Below are positions 23,161-32,000 of a stretch of DNA of 32,000 nucleotides, piece after piece. Numbering within the stretch: the first letter of the stretch is position 1; the number at the start of each line of letters is the position of its first letter. Below the pieces are notes generated by a model. That model saw nothing but the letters and a program-made list of their open reading frames with translations, made no database searches and was not told where the DNA came from. Origin of the DNA: Cylindrospermopsis raciborskii Cr2010 (lineage in GTDB: Bacteria; Cyanobacteriota; Cyanobacteriia; Cyanobacteriales; Nostocaceae); the NCBI RefSeq assembly GCF_003367075.2, contig NZ_CP065936.1:1680001-1712000 (forward strand), given 5' to 3'. Position numbers and translations under genes: made by a program.

Positions 23161-26112
23161 TTAACTGTTTATTCGCTCTACATACCGTTTGAACAAAAGT
23201 TCCAGAAGGTGATTTTTGAATTCTCGATCATCACTAAACTGCTTATAGAAATTAAAATTAGTTTCTATCATATCCTGCATCAGGTCATTGGTGAGGTTAT
23301 CGAAAACAAGTCTTATGTTTTCAGGAGTGTTCACTTTGAAGCTTAATTTCAAGGGATTACTTTCGTCTAGTTTATCTTCTAATTGCTTAATAAATACCCG
23401 TTCATTGTCAGTGAAATCAGTGCCAAATTGCTGATTGATTTCTTGAATGATTTTTGAAAGAGGTTCTATGTTCTCTGTGGATGGTTTACTTGCTCCTATG
23501 GAATAATTACCTCTTGTTTCTCTCACTCCTCTTTCTAGTTCAATTTTGCCTTTATGGGTCTTTTGGATGCGGTAAGATTTTAATTCGATGTTTGTCTGCA
23601 CTTCCAGGGGAAGGGTATGGGTTTTAATAGGTAGCTTACGGATTAGGTGGCGAAAAAATTCATAGAATTTTTCTAGCTCCCCGTCTGGAATAGGTAATAG
23701 TTGGGATATAAAAGCATATAATCGGATGAAATCTTGAAGCTGACCCCGAAAGTTAAATTGCTCTTCTACTGTAGCTTCTTTATATTGCTCTACTACGGGT
23801 GCTAAAACAGTGTATAATTTATCCTGTGTCCCCTGTTTTCCATAATAAATCTCGGCAAAAGAATCTACCTCCTTTTGTCCATAAAAACCGTAGTCACCAA
23901 GTTGGGACTGAAGGTCATAAAGCTGGTTGGGATCAGTAGACTCACTTAGAATTGTGCGATCGTAATACTCTTCAAAAGCCTTCTTTATCTCCGATGCTTC
24001 GTTGGCAAAGTCTAGTACGATTGTTCCCAATTTATTGGGATGTGTTCGGTTCAGGCGCGAAAGGGTCTGCACCGCGTTTACTCCACTCAATTTCTTATCC
24101 ACATACATTGCTACTAGTAGTGGCTGATCAAAACCAGTCTGGAATTTATTAGCCACTACCAAAAAGTGATAGGAAGGTTGGTTAAAGGTTTCTGCGGTTG
24201 CATTGTCGGCAATATGTATACCCGAAGACCTGGAGTTCATATTGGTCTCAGTAAATTCTCCACCATCCTTGACTGTTCCCGTAAAAGCGACTAGGGACTG
24301 ATAGGGATAGCCATTTTGGCGAATATACTCATCTAATTCTTGCTTGTAACGTACTGCATGTAGCCTGGAACGGGTAACAATCATGGCTTTGGCTTTGCCA
24401 TCAATTTGGTGGGCAACTTTCTCATGAAAATGCTCCATAATAATCGCCACCTTCTGATTAATTGTGTGTGGGTGCAATTCGACAAAGTTTCGCAGTAGGG
24501 ATACGGCTTTTTTCCGATCATAATTTGGATCGGTTTCAATAGTTTTGAGAAGATTAAAATATGTGTTATAGGTAGTATAGTTTTCCAGTACATCTAAAAT
24601 AAAACCCTCCTCAATGGCTTGGCGCATGGAGTAGAGGCTAAAGGGAGCAAAGCTACCATCGGGTTGTTTTGTGCCAAATAACTCTAGTGTTTTGGCTTTG
24701 GGGGTCGCAGTGAAGGCAAAGTAGCTTAGGTTAGGAATTCTCCCGCGTTTTTTCGCCTCAGCAACAATACGATCTTCTAAATCCTCTTCTTCCTTACTTT
24801 CTTCCGCTTCTGCTGCTTCTAGGCTTGTGACACTTAATACAGATTTGAGCTTTTTGGTACTTTCCCCAGTTTGGGAGGAGTGGGCCTCATCTACAATTAC
24901 TGCAAATCGCTTCCCCGTGAGGGACTGGATCTGGTCAACGATAACTGGGAATTTTTGCAAGGTGGTGACAATGATTTTTTTTCCTAATTCCAGGGCCTCT
25001 TTGAGTTGGTGGGAGGTCTTGTCAATATTCTCAACCAATCCGGGAGTGTCTTCAAACTGACGGATGGTTCGTTGTAATTGGCGATCCAAGACCCGGCGAT
25101 CGGTAATGACGATGATGGAATCAAACACCAGCTGATCTTGGGAGTTATGGAGGCTAGAAAGTCCGTGAGCAAGCCAGGCAATGGAATTACTTTTACCACT
25201 CCCGGCGCTGTGTTGGATGAGGTAGGATTTTCCCGGGCCTTGGGATTTGGCATCCTCTAACAAATGACGCACTGTATCAAGTTGGTGATAGCGGGGGAAG
25301 ATGAGTTTCTTTTTCCCTGTTTTCCTCCCCTTGTCGTCTTCTCCTTCAACCAGAGTGATAAAGTTCTGGATGAGATCTAGGACACTATTTTTTTGCCAGG
25401 TTTTTTCCCATAGGTAAGCGGTGCTGAAACTAAGGGTGGAGGGTGGGTTTCCCGCTCCTCCACAGTTCCCCTGGTTGAAGGGTAGGAAATGGGTTTTATC
25501 ACCCTGAAGGTGGGTGGTCATATAGACCAGATCTGGGTCTATGGCAAAGTGGGAGAGACAAACGCCAAGGGTAAAGAGTGGTTCTTTGGGATCCCGGTTG
25601 GTGCGGTACTGTTTGATAGCATGTTCCACGTTTTGACCTTTAAAGGGGTTTTTTAGCTCAGCGGTGAAGAGGGGTAGTCCATTGAGGAAGAGGACCAGAT
25701 CCAGGCTTTTGGTGGGCGTTTTCTGGCTATAGTGGAGTTGTCTGGCAACAGTAAATAAATTAGCCTGATAGAGTTTTTGGGTTTCTTGATTGAGTCTGGT
25801 ATTGGGTTGGAAGTAGGCAAGTTGAAAACGGCAGCCATTGGCTTTGATACCTTTGCGGAGGACTTCTAAGGTGCCTCGGTTTTTGATGACTTCGGCCAGG
25901 CGTTTTAGGAGTTTGTTATCCGCGTCCTCACCATATTGGGTTGTAAATTTCTGCCACTCTTTTGGTTGGGTGACTTGGATGAAGTTAAGCACATCCTGGG
26001 TGATGAGGGAGAGGGCGGGGTGGTAATCTCTGGAGGTGCGGCGCTGGTAACCGTTTTGCAGGAGGCTTGTTTCGATGGTGTTTTCAAGGTTTTTTTCTGA
26101 GGTGTCGATCAT
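23161..26112 (-). CDS. hsdR: type I restriction enzyme R subunit (HsdR)
   Basis: 983 aa. The N-terminal nuclease region has ...DLVLFLNGLPLFTAELK. SF2 helicase motifs are present: motif I HSAGSGKS and DEAH box VIVDEAHSSQ, followed by TATP and QTGFDQP. It follows hsdM-hsdS on the same strand. Confidence 0.95.
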   Translation of the reverse strand: MIDTSEKNLENTIETSLLQNGYQRRTSRDYHPALSLITQDVLNFIQVTQPKEWQKFTTQYGEDADNKLLKRLAEVIKNRGTLEVLRKGIKANGCRFQLAYFQPNTRLNQETQKLYQANLFTVARQLHYSQKTPTKSLDLVLFLNGLPLFTAELKNPFKGQNVEHAIKQYRTNRDPKEPLFTLGVCLSHFAIDPDLVYMTTHLQGDKTHFLPFNQGNCGGAGNPPSTLSFSTAYLWEKTWQKNSVLDLIQNFITLVEGEDDKGRKTGKKKLIFPRYHQLDTVRHLLEDAKSQGPGKSYLIQHSAGSGKSNSIAWLAHGLSSLHNSQDQLVFDSIIVITDRRVLDRQLQRTIRQFEDTPGLVENIDKTSHQLKEALELGKKIIVTTLQKFPVIVDQIQSLTGKRFAVIVDEAHSSQTGESTKKLKSVLSVTSLEAAEAEESKEEEDLEDRIVAEAKKRGRIPNLSYFAFTATPKAKTLELFGTKQPDGSFAPFSLYSMRQAIEEGFILDVLENYTTYNTYFNLLKTIETDPNYDRKKAVSLLRNFVELHPHTINQKVAIIMEHFHEKVAHQIDGKAKAMIVTRSRLHAVRYKQELDEYIRQNGYPYQSLVAFTGTVKDGGEFTETNMNSRSSGIHIADNATAETFNQPSYHFLVVANKFQTGFDQPLLVAMYVDKKLSGVNAVQTLSRLNRTHPNKLGTIVLDFANEASEIKKAFEEYYDRTILSESTDPNQLYDLQSQLGDYGFYGQKEVDSFAEIYYGKQGTQDKLYTVLAPVVEQYKEATVEEQFNFRGQLQDFIRLYAFISQLLPIPDGELEKFYEFFRHLIRKLPIKTHTLPLEVQTNIELKSYRIQKTHKGKIELERGVRETRGNYSIGASKPSTENIEPLSKIIQEINQQFGTDFTDNERVFIKQLEDKLDESNPLKLSFKVNTPENIRLVFDNLTNDLMQDMIETNFNFYKQFSDDREFKNHLLELLFKRYVERINS

Positions 26113-26158
26113 TTGGGATTTAATTTTTTGATATTTTTTCAGGTGTATTGGGGTTGTA

Positions 26159-27490
26159 TTAATTGGGTGATGGAGTTAGATTCTCTCTTATATCAATTTT
26201 ACCTGTGACAGCAGCTGAGATGAGTGCTGTTCGGTATTCTTTGAGTTTGTCAATACTGATGCGGGTCTTGGTGACTAGGGTGTCGATTTTGGCAGTTTCT
26301 CTATCTAGGAATTGGGCGATCGCTTGTTGTTCAGAGAGGGGGGGGAGGGTGATGAAAAGACTGGTTATTTGTTCTGGGCTAACACGAGGCATTTTAGTCC
26401 CATAGGTAAAAGAGTTAACCTGATTAATAAATCCTTCTGCGATTAGTTGATAAAAAAGAAACTTACCATTGACCTCTTGACTCGTTTTTAATGCCAATAA
26501 CTCAGTAGTACTTACCCCTTGAAACTCAGCCAAAAATACTTTTGCTAAGTAGGGACGTAGCTTGCCGAAAAGTACGTCACCCTTTTCAAAACAAGAAACT
26601 GTGCTTTCCACATTCTCTACAGGAGTATCTAATAAAAGTCTTCCCGTTTTTGATTCAATGTGTTCAAGTCCGAGGTAAGGTAGGTGGTCGGGTTTTTGAG
26701 TTAACTTCACCGAAGAGACTGGCGCTACATATTTCAATCGTATCATTTTCCAACCCTCCGGAATTTTTCCCAACCACTCAATCCCAGAATCCTTCATCGG
26801 AGCATCAGGATTTAGTCCCTTAGTGACCGCATGGCTAATCAGTGCGGTGCGCTTCTCCTTGAGAAGTTCGATTAATCGCTCCTTCTTGGCAATCAAGGTG
26901 TCGATTTTGGCAGTTTCTCTATCTAAAAATCGGGCGATCGCTTGTTGTTCAGTGAGGGGGGGAGCAGGAATACGAATAGAGCGAATTTTCTCTTGATTTA
27001 TGTTTGGTTGTCCTCCTCCGGAAGACAAGAGTATCAATTCATTTCTCCTCATCCATAGCCAGTAAAATGCAAATTTTGCATTTATCGAAATTGGATTAGC
27101 TAATGCACAACAGGCTTGATTAGTACAAGCAGTTATCCCAAGGATACCTAATCGCCCAATTGTTGCCCCATACATGGCTATGAGCAAGGTTCCAGGAGGA
27201 TATAAATTTAAAACAGAATGATCTAGTAAAGCCTTGTTGGTTAGCTTAGCACTTGTATCAGTGATTACCTTTTCTCTTAGCTCTGATGTATTCACCCAAG
27301 GAATGTTACCTTCGTAATAGTCATAATGATTAGTAGAAGGTGTTGTTCCACTTCCTATTTTTTGGAAAGCATGACTAACTTTCCTCACCTCCCAACCCTC
27401 CGGAATTTCCCCCAACCACTCAACCCCAGAATCCTTATACGCTGGATACCGCTTCCATCCTCTCTCCTGCTTAATCTCTACCTCACTCAT
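26159..27490 (-). CDS. hsdS: type I restriction-modification specificity subunit (HsdS)
   Basis: 443 aa with two target-recognition domains. These are separated and followed by the conserved helices PPLTEQQAIARFLDRETAKIDTLIAKKERLIELLKEKRTALIS and PPLSEQQAIAQFLDRETAKIDTLVTK...YRTALISAAVTGKIDI. The start overlaps the hsdM stop (ATGA). Confidence 0.95.
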   Translation of the reverse strand: MSEVEIKQERGWKRYPAYKDSGVEWLGEIPEGWEVRKVSHAFQKIGSGTTPSTNHYDYYEGNIPWVNTSELREKVITDTSAKLTNKALLDHSVLNLYPPGTLLIAMYGATIGRLGILGITACTNQACCALANPISINAKFAFYWLWMRRNELILLSSGGGQPNINQEKIRSIRIPAPPLTEQQAIARFLDRETAKIDTLIAKKERLIELLKEKRTALISHAVTKGLNPDAPMKDSGIEWLGKIPEGWKMIRLKYVAPVSSVKLTQKPDHLPYLGLEHIESKTGRLLLDTPVENVESTVSCFEKGDVLFGKLRPYLAKVFLAEFQGVSTTELLALKTSQEVNGKFLFYQLIAEGFINQVNSFTYGTKMPRVSPEQITSLFITLPPLSEQQAIAQFLDRETAKIDTLVTKTRISIDKLKEYRTALISAAVTGKIDIRENLTPSPN

Positions 27491-29517
27491 CCTGCTACCT
27501 CCCGCAACATTTCCAGTATATCCCCTTCAATTGCCTTAATTTCCGCTTCAATCTCCTCTAACGCCCGTGGGGGCTCATACTTATAAAAATACCGGTTGAA
27601 ATTAATTTCATAGCCCACCTTGCCAATCTCTCCATCCTTAACATCCCGCACGCTCTCGCTAATCCAAGCATCAGGTACATGGGGGGCCACTTCCCGCTGA
27701 AAATACTCCCTAATATCCTCCTTGAGTGGCACATTCTCAGTATCTCTTAACTCAGAATCAGCTTCAGGATGTCCCTGCTTATCCTCACAAACCTTCCCGG
27801 TGTCGTCTCGCTCAGAAAGTGCAGCAAGAATTGCCTTGTAAACCGGCGCTCCTATCGTTAATCCTTGGGACTTTATCGCTTTCTTTAACACCTTCTCAAA
27901 TTGGTCACGATCTTTATATAATGTATCTGGTAAGTTATAAAGCATGGACAAAATTAGCCTCTGCTGCTCCCTGCCAGCCTGTTCCTCAGTTGCCTTTACC
28001 TCGGCGCTCTTTTTCTTGCTTACCGCCAAACTAATAAATCCAGGTTGCTCCTTAATCTTTACTATGCGCTCCGGTGATGCCTGAAAGTTTAATCGCAGGG
28101 GACGCTCAACAGTAATTTTACGATAACCAAAATCTTGAGTGTCAAAAATCTTGCTGACTTCTGAAGACTCAAAACTCTGGAAAATTCTGGTTATCTCCTC
28201 AATATACTGGGAACTGACCTCCCGTCGCTTACTCCCTAAACTCTTCCGCATCGGTATCCAAAACTCAGAGGCGTTAATGAGTTGCACCTTCCCTTTTCTC
28301 TCAGGAGACTTGTGGTTGGTTAGAACCCAGATGTATGTGGCAATACCCGTGTTATAAAAAAGCTGCTCGGGCAAAGCTGCGATCGCTTCTAACCAGTCAT
28401 TCTCCAAAATCCACCGCCGAATCTCGCTCTCGCCACTTCCCGCATCTCCGGTAAACAATGGCGAACCATTCATCACTATGGCCACGCGACTTCCACCCTG
28501 CTCAACCGGTTTCATACGTGAGAGCATGTGCTGCAAAAATAGGAGTTGACCATCACTTATGCGTGGTGTTCCTGCTGAAAAACGACCACCTGGTTTTTGC
28601 GCTTCCGCTTCCACTGCATCTTTGTCCCGCTTCCAATCTTTTCCGTAGGGTGGATTGGCCAGGAGATAGTCAAAGGTTCTGTCGCTGTGCTGATCATGGG
28701 AAAGAGTACTGCCAAATTTAATATTTTCAGCATCTTTGCCATCTATGCTCTTCATATACAGATCGGATTTGCACACCGCAAAGGTTTCCGGATTCACTTC
28801 CTGTCCAAAAAGAAATACTTGAGCTTTGGAATTGAGTTCGAGGATGCGATCTTTGGCAATAGTCAGCATTCCTCCTGAACCGCAGCAAGGATCGCAAACT
28901 GTGCGGTTAATGTATTCCTGGCTCAATTGGGCTTTATCCTGAGCGAAGATGAGGTTGACCATCAACTGGATAACCTCCCTCGGTGTGAAGTGTTCTCCCG
29001 GATTTTCATCCAGGGCCTCATTGAATTTACGGATTAGCTCCTCAAATATATATCCCATCTCCAGATTAGAAACTTTGTCCGGATGTAGGTCTATATTCTT
29101 AAACCGCTCAGTAACCAAAAATAGCAGCTCCGACTGTTCCAGCTTATCAATGGTGTTGGGAAAGTCAAATTTCTCCAACACTTCGCGCATATTGGCACTA
29201 AAGCTGTTAATGTATAGTTTCAAATTAGCAGCAAGGTGCTTGGGATCATCCAGCAGCTTCTGAAAGTCGTAGGGGGCGCTGTTGTAGAAAGCAAAGCCCG
29301 ATTTCTTGCACAGGAAGGAGTCCAGGTTATCTAGTTTGTTTTTGTAATGGTCGTAGGCTTCTAAGACCTCCACTTTGGTTGGTTGAAGTACGCAGTCTAG
29401 GCGGCGCAACACGGTAAAAGGAAGAATGACATCTTGATATTTGCCACGCTTAAAGGTATCCCGGATAAGATCGGCGATACTCCAAATGAAATTGACCTTT
29501 TCTCCAAAATTTTGCAT
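27487..29517 (-). CDS. hsdM: type I restriction-modification N6-adenine DNA methyltransferase subunit (HsdM)
   Basis: 676 aa. It has an HsdM N-terminal domain (IWSIADLIRD...), the AdoMet motif VCDPCCGSGGML and the catalytic motif LANPPYG. Confidence 0.95.
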   Translation of the reverse strand: MQNFGEKVNFIWSIADLIRDTFKRGKYQDVILPFTVLRRLDCVLQPTKVEVLEAYDHYKNKLDNLDSFLCKKSGFAFYNSAPYDFQKLLDDPKHLAANLKLYINSFSANMREVLEKFDFPNTIDKLEQSELLFLVTERFKNIDLHPDKVSNLEMGYIFEELIRKFNEALDENPGEHFTPREVIQLMVNLIFAQDKAQLSQEYINRTVCDPCCGSGGMLTIAKDRILELNSKAQVFLFGQEVNPETFAVCKSDLYMKSIDGKDAENIKFGSTLSHDQHSDRTFDYLLANPPYGKDWKRDKDAVEAEAQKPGGRFSAGTPRISDGQLLFLQHMLSRMKPVEQGGSRVAIVMNGSPLFTGDAGSGESEIRRWILENDWLEAIAALPEQLFYNTGIATYIWVLTNHKSPERKGKVQLINASEFWIPMRKSLGSKRREVSSQYIEEITRIFQSFESSEVSKIFDTQDFGYRKITVERPLRLNFQASPERIVKIKEQPGFISLAVSKKKSAEVKATEEQAGREQQRLILSMLYNLPDTLYKDRDQFEKVLKKAIKSQGLTIGAPVYKAILAALSERDDTGKVCEDKQGHPEADSELRDTENVPLKEDIREYFQREVAPHVPDAWISESVRDVKDGEIGKVGYEINFNRYFYKYEPPRALEEIEAEIKAIEGDILEMLREVAG

Positions 29518-29546
29518 AATAATACTTGTATTTATAGATCAGGATT

Positions 29547-30629
29547 TTATATTTTCTCTGGGTCAATCCCAAGAGAACGTAGATAAGCAGCTAGTTTTTC
29601 TTTTTGTTGGCGCTCCTGTTCTTTAGCTTCTCGTTCCTGTTCTTTAGCCATGCGTTCCTGAGATGCGATCGCTTCCGCTAGCTCTTTAGCTTCTCGTTCC
29701 TGTTCCTTAGCCATGCGTTCCTGAGATGCGATCGCTTCTGCTCGCTCTTTAGCTTCTCGTTCCTGTTCTTTAGCGAGACGCTCTTGAGATGCGATAGTTT
29801 CTGCTTGCTCTCTAGCCAGACGCTCTTGAGATGCGATAGTTTCTGCTTGCTCTTTAGCCAGACGCTCACGAATAGCGATCGCTTCCGCTTGTTCCGCAAG
29901 CTCATTTCCTGTCAATAAGAGATTCCCCTTATTATCCCACCATCTTAACCACGGTGTGGGTGGTTTCTGGTTGTCATACAGTATTCCCAACTCTATACCC
30001 ATCTCCGGTATGGCATAGTGTCCTCGCATATTCGCCTTTATTTCTTTGTATCTTTTTCTCTCTAAATGATATACCTCTAGTGTACCCTTAAACCCATTAA
30101 ATATGGCATAATATGGTATCTTTACCGCTTGTTCATACACCCAAAACTTCCCCGCTTTTTTTAGTTTCCCGGTTTCTGGATCTATTTCATCCCCTTCTGG
30201 TGGAGGGGAACTGTCTTTTTCCTCCTTTCCATTTTTAGACGCGAATTCTATCACTATGAAGGGAGGTACTTTTTCCTTCCATAGCACATATGACCTTCTC
30301 AATTGCCCATTTAGTCTGGATGGCACTCCGGGAACATAGAACCAGTCTGGTGCTTCTACCCCTTTTTCTGGAGGATCTGTGAATCGCCAATATATGCCAC
30401 TATCCTGTCCTATACAATAGTCTCCGTTGGGATGGATTTTTTTCAGTAATGGTTCAATTGATGTGGTTAATATTATGCTTTGTGGGTGTTCTTGGAAATT
30501 TTTCACAAAATCGTCATCGGAGTCCGGTAACTGGGTATGGTCTGGTAGGTCCAGGGGTTCCTCAGGGAGGGTTACATTTTGGGTGGTGGTTGAAGATTGG
30601 GGCACGGTAAGAGGGGGTACGGGGTTCAT
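29547..30629 (-). CDS. Uma2-like (DUF820) protein with a C-terminal heptad-repeat coiled coil, tandem copy 1
   Basis: 360 aa. The core reads DYCIGQDSGIYW...PDWFYVPGV...PPFIVIEFAS...K..FWVYEQAVKIPYYAIF (PD-(D/E)XK-like). About 100 aa of AE(A/T)IASQER(L/M)AKEQ / EREAKE(R/L/Q) repeats follow, ending KLAAYLRSLGIDPEKI. Confidence 0.75.
   Translation of the reverse strand: MNPVPPLTVPQSSTTTQNVTLPEEPLDLPDHTQLPDSDDDFVKNFQEHPQSIILTTSIEPLLKKIHPNGDYCIGQDSGIYWRFTDPPEKGVEAPDWFYVPGVPSRLNGQLRRSYVLWKEKVPPFIVIEFASKNGKEEKDSSPPPEGDEIDPETGKLKKAGKFWVYEQAVKIPYYAIFNGFKGTLEVYHLERKRYKEIKANMRGHYAIPEMGIELGILYDNQKPPTPWLRWWDNKGNLLLTGNELAEQAEAIAIRERLAKEQAETIASQERLAREQAETIASQERLAKEQEREAKERAEAIASQERMAKEQEREAKELAEAIASQERMAKEQEREAKEQERQQKEKLAAYLRSLGIDPEKI
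29610..29900 (-). repeat. in-frame 21/42-bp tandem repeats encoding the coiled-coil tail
   Basis: Repeating DNA units such as gcgatagtttctgcttgctctttagccagacgctcttgagat. Unit number differs between the three gene copies. Confidence 0.8.
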
Positions 30630-30756
30630 TTTTGCCCTCAGCTAGGGGGATTTAACCTAATTTTAGCAACTGTTTTTGGTTTCGTGTTGTTTTTTTTGAC
30701 CGGTGAAATATCTGATAGTTTAGAACCCAACCCGCATTATATTTAGCATAAGGATT

Positions 30757-31677
30757 TTATATTTTCTCCGGGTCAATCCCAAGAGAACGTAGATAAGCAG
30801 CTAGTTTTTCTTTTTGTTGGCGCTCCTGAGATGCGATAGTTTCTGCTTGCTCTCTAGCCAGACGCTCCTGAGATGCGATAGTTTCTGCTTGCTCTTTAGC
30901 CAGACGCTCACGAATAGCGATCGCTTCCGCTTGTTCCGCAAGCTCATTTCCTGTCAATAAGAGATTCCCCTTATTATCCCACCATCTTAACCACTGTGTG
31001 GGTGGTTTCTGGTTGTCATACAGTATTCCCAATTCTATACCCATCTCCGGTATGGCATAGTGTCCTCGCCTATTCGCCTTTATTTCTTTGTATCTTTTTC
31101 TCTCTAAATGATATACCTCTAGTGTACCCTTAAAACCATTAAATATGGCATAATATGGTATTTTTACCGCTTGTTCGTACACCCAAAACTTCCCCGCTTT
31201 TTTTAGTTTCCCGGTTTCTGGATCTATTTCATCCCCTTCTGGTGGAGGGGAACTGTCTTTTTCCTCCTTTCCATTTTTAGACGCAAATTCTATCACTATG
31301 AAGGGAGGTACTTTTTCCTTCCATAGCACATATGACCTTCTCAATTGCCCATTTAGCCTGGATGGTACTCCGGGAACATAGAACCAGTCTGGTGCTTCTA
31401 CCCCTTTTTCTGGAGGTTCTGTGAATCGCCAATATATGCCACTATCCTGTCCTATACAATAGTCTCCGTTGGGATGGATTTTTTTCAGTAATGGTTCAAT
31501 TGATGTGGTTAATATTATGCTTTGCGGGTGTTCTTGGAAATTTTTCACAAAATCGTCATTGGAGTCCGGTAACTGGGTATGGTCTGGTAGGTCCAGGGGT
31601 TCCTCAGGGAGGGAAGTGGTTACATTTTGGGTGGTGGTTGAAGATTGGGGCACGGTAAGAGGGGGTACGGGGTTCAT
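30757..31677 (-). CDS. Uma2-like protein with coiled-coil tail, tandem copy 2
   Basis: 306 aa, nearly identical to copy 1 over the first ~270 aa (a few substitutions and a 2-aa indel). It has 54 fewer residues in the repeat tail. Confidence 0.75.
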   Translation of the reverse strand: MNPVPPLTVPQSSTTTQNVTTSLPEEPLDLPDHTQLPDSNDDFVKNFQEHPQSIILTTSIEPLLKKIHPNGDYCIGQDSGIYWRFTEPPEKGVEAPDWFYVPGVPSRLNGQLRRSYVLWKEKVPPFIVIEFASKNGKEEKDSSPPPEGDEIDPETGKLKKAGKFWVYEQAVKIPYYAIFNGFKGTLEVYHLERKRYKEIKANRRGHYAIPEMGIELGILYDNQKPPTQWLRWWDNKGNLLLTGNELAEQAEAIAIRERLAKEQAETIASQERLAREQAETIASQERQQKEKLAAYLRSLGIDPEKI

Positions 31678-31804
31678 TTTTGCCCTCAGCTAAGGGGATT
31701 TAACCTAATTTTAGCAACTATTTTTGGTTTCGTGTTGTTTTTTTTGACCGGGGAAATATCTGATAGTTTGGAACCCAACCCGCATTATATTTAGCATAAG
31801 GATT

Positions 31805-32000
31805 TTATATTTTCTCTGGGTCAATCCCAAGGGAACGTAGATAAGCAGCTAGTTTTTCTTTTTGTTGGCGCTCCTGTTCTTTAGCTTCTCGTTCCTGTTC
31901 TTTAGCTTCTCGTTCCTGTTCTTTAGCCATGCGTTCCTGAGATGCAATAGTTTCTGCTCGCTCTTTAGCTTCTCGTTCCTGTTCTTTAGCCATGCGTTCT
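31805..32000 (-). CDS. Uma2-like protein with coiled-coil tail, tandem copy 3 (3' end only; continues beyond the window)
   Basis: It has the same C-terminus ...ERQQKEKLAAYLRSLGIDPEKI* and the same downstream spacer as copies 1 and 2. The frame is open to the window edge. Confidence 0.7.
   Translation of the reverse strand, partial: ERMAKEQEREAKERAETIASQERMAKEQEREAKEQEREAKEQERQQKEKLAAYLRSLGIDPEKI

Noticed and set aside
23952-29626. Numerous 60-104-aa ORFs on both strands inside hsdR, hsdS and hsdM
   Set aside because: All are alternative-frame or antisense ORFs within long, motif-supported R-M genes.
29678-29905. 75-aa ORF in another frame of the coiled-coil repeat region
   Set aside because: It is an artefact of the 21/42-bp periodic DNA. 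The main frame continues into a conserved Uma2 core and a conserved C-terminus.
30427-31693. Plus-strand ORFs 30427..30645 and 31469..31693 (near-identical 72/74 aa)
   Set aside because: They lie antisense to the N-termini of the duplicated Uma2-like genes. Their identity only reflects the tandem duplication.

Overview
This looks like a 32-kb chromosomal segment of a filamentous, Nostocales-like cyanobacterium. That inference rests on many HIP1 GCGATCGC palindromes, ycf49-like genes, an sphR/sphS/phoU cluster, Uma2/DUF820 expansion, and a dispersed GTTGGGTT..AACCCAAC hairpin repeat.

**1-5.4 kb, ordinary core genes:**
- a 3' gene end
- DUF3593 and DUF2499 membrane proteins
- tRNA-Ser(GCU)
- hisA
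- a phosphate-sensing response regulator, histidine kinase and PhoU trio

**5.5-20.1 kb, a decaying accessory region built around a type III-B-variant CRISPR-Cas locus:**
- On the minus strand are cas10/cmr2 (GGDD present, no HD motif), cmr3, cmr4, cmr5 and an apparent cmr6-cmr1 fusion.
- Two different CARF effector genes follow: csx1 (CARF-HEPN) and an APE2256-type CARF with a RelE-like tail.
- A 36-nt-repeat array with 33 identical repeats and 32 spacers lies on the plus strand.
- No cas6, cas1 or cas2 is visible.
- The cas block is bracketed by two outward-facing copies of a 72-nt leader core. The left copy is attached to a collapsed one-spacer array.
- Copies of a ~120-bp MITE-like element fill the gaps around the accessory cas genes.
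- Both array trailers abut 5'-truncated genes: an outer-membrane beta-barrel fragment and a thiaminase-I-like gene.

**20.1-32 kb:**
- a DUF456 membrane protein
- a nearly perfect 10 x 130-bp tandem array derived from the MITE
- a Uma2 nuclease-like gene
- a same-strand run of at least three tandem Uma2 genes with coiled-coil tails, then hsdM, hsdS, hsdR and folA

**Limits:** All functional calls rest on recalled family motifs and gene context. No database search was possible.
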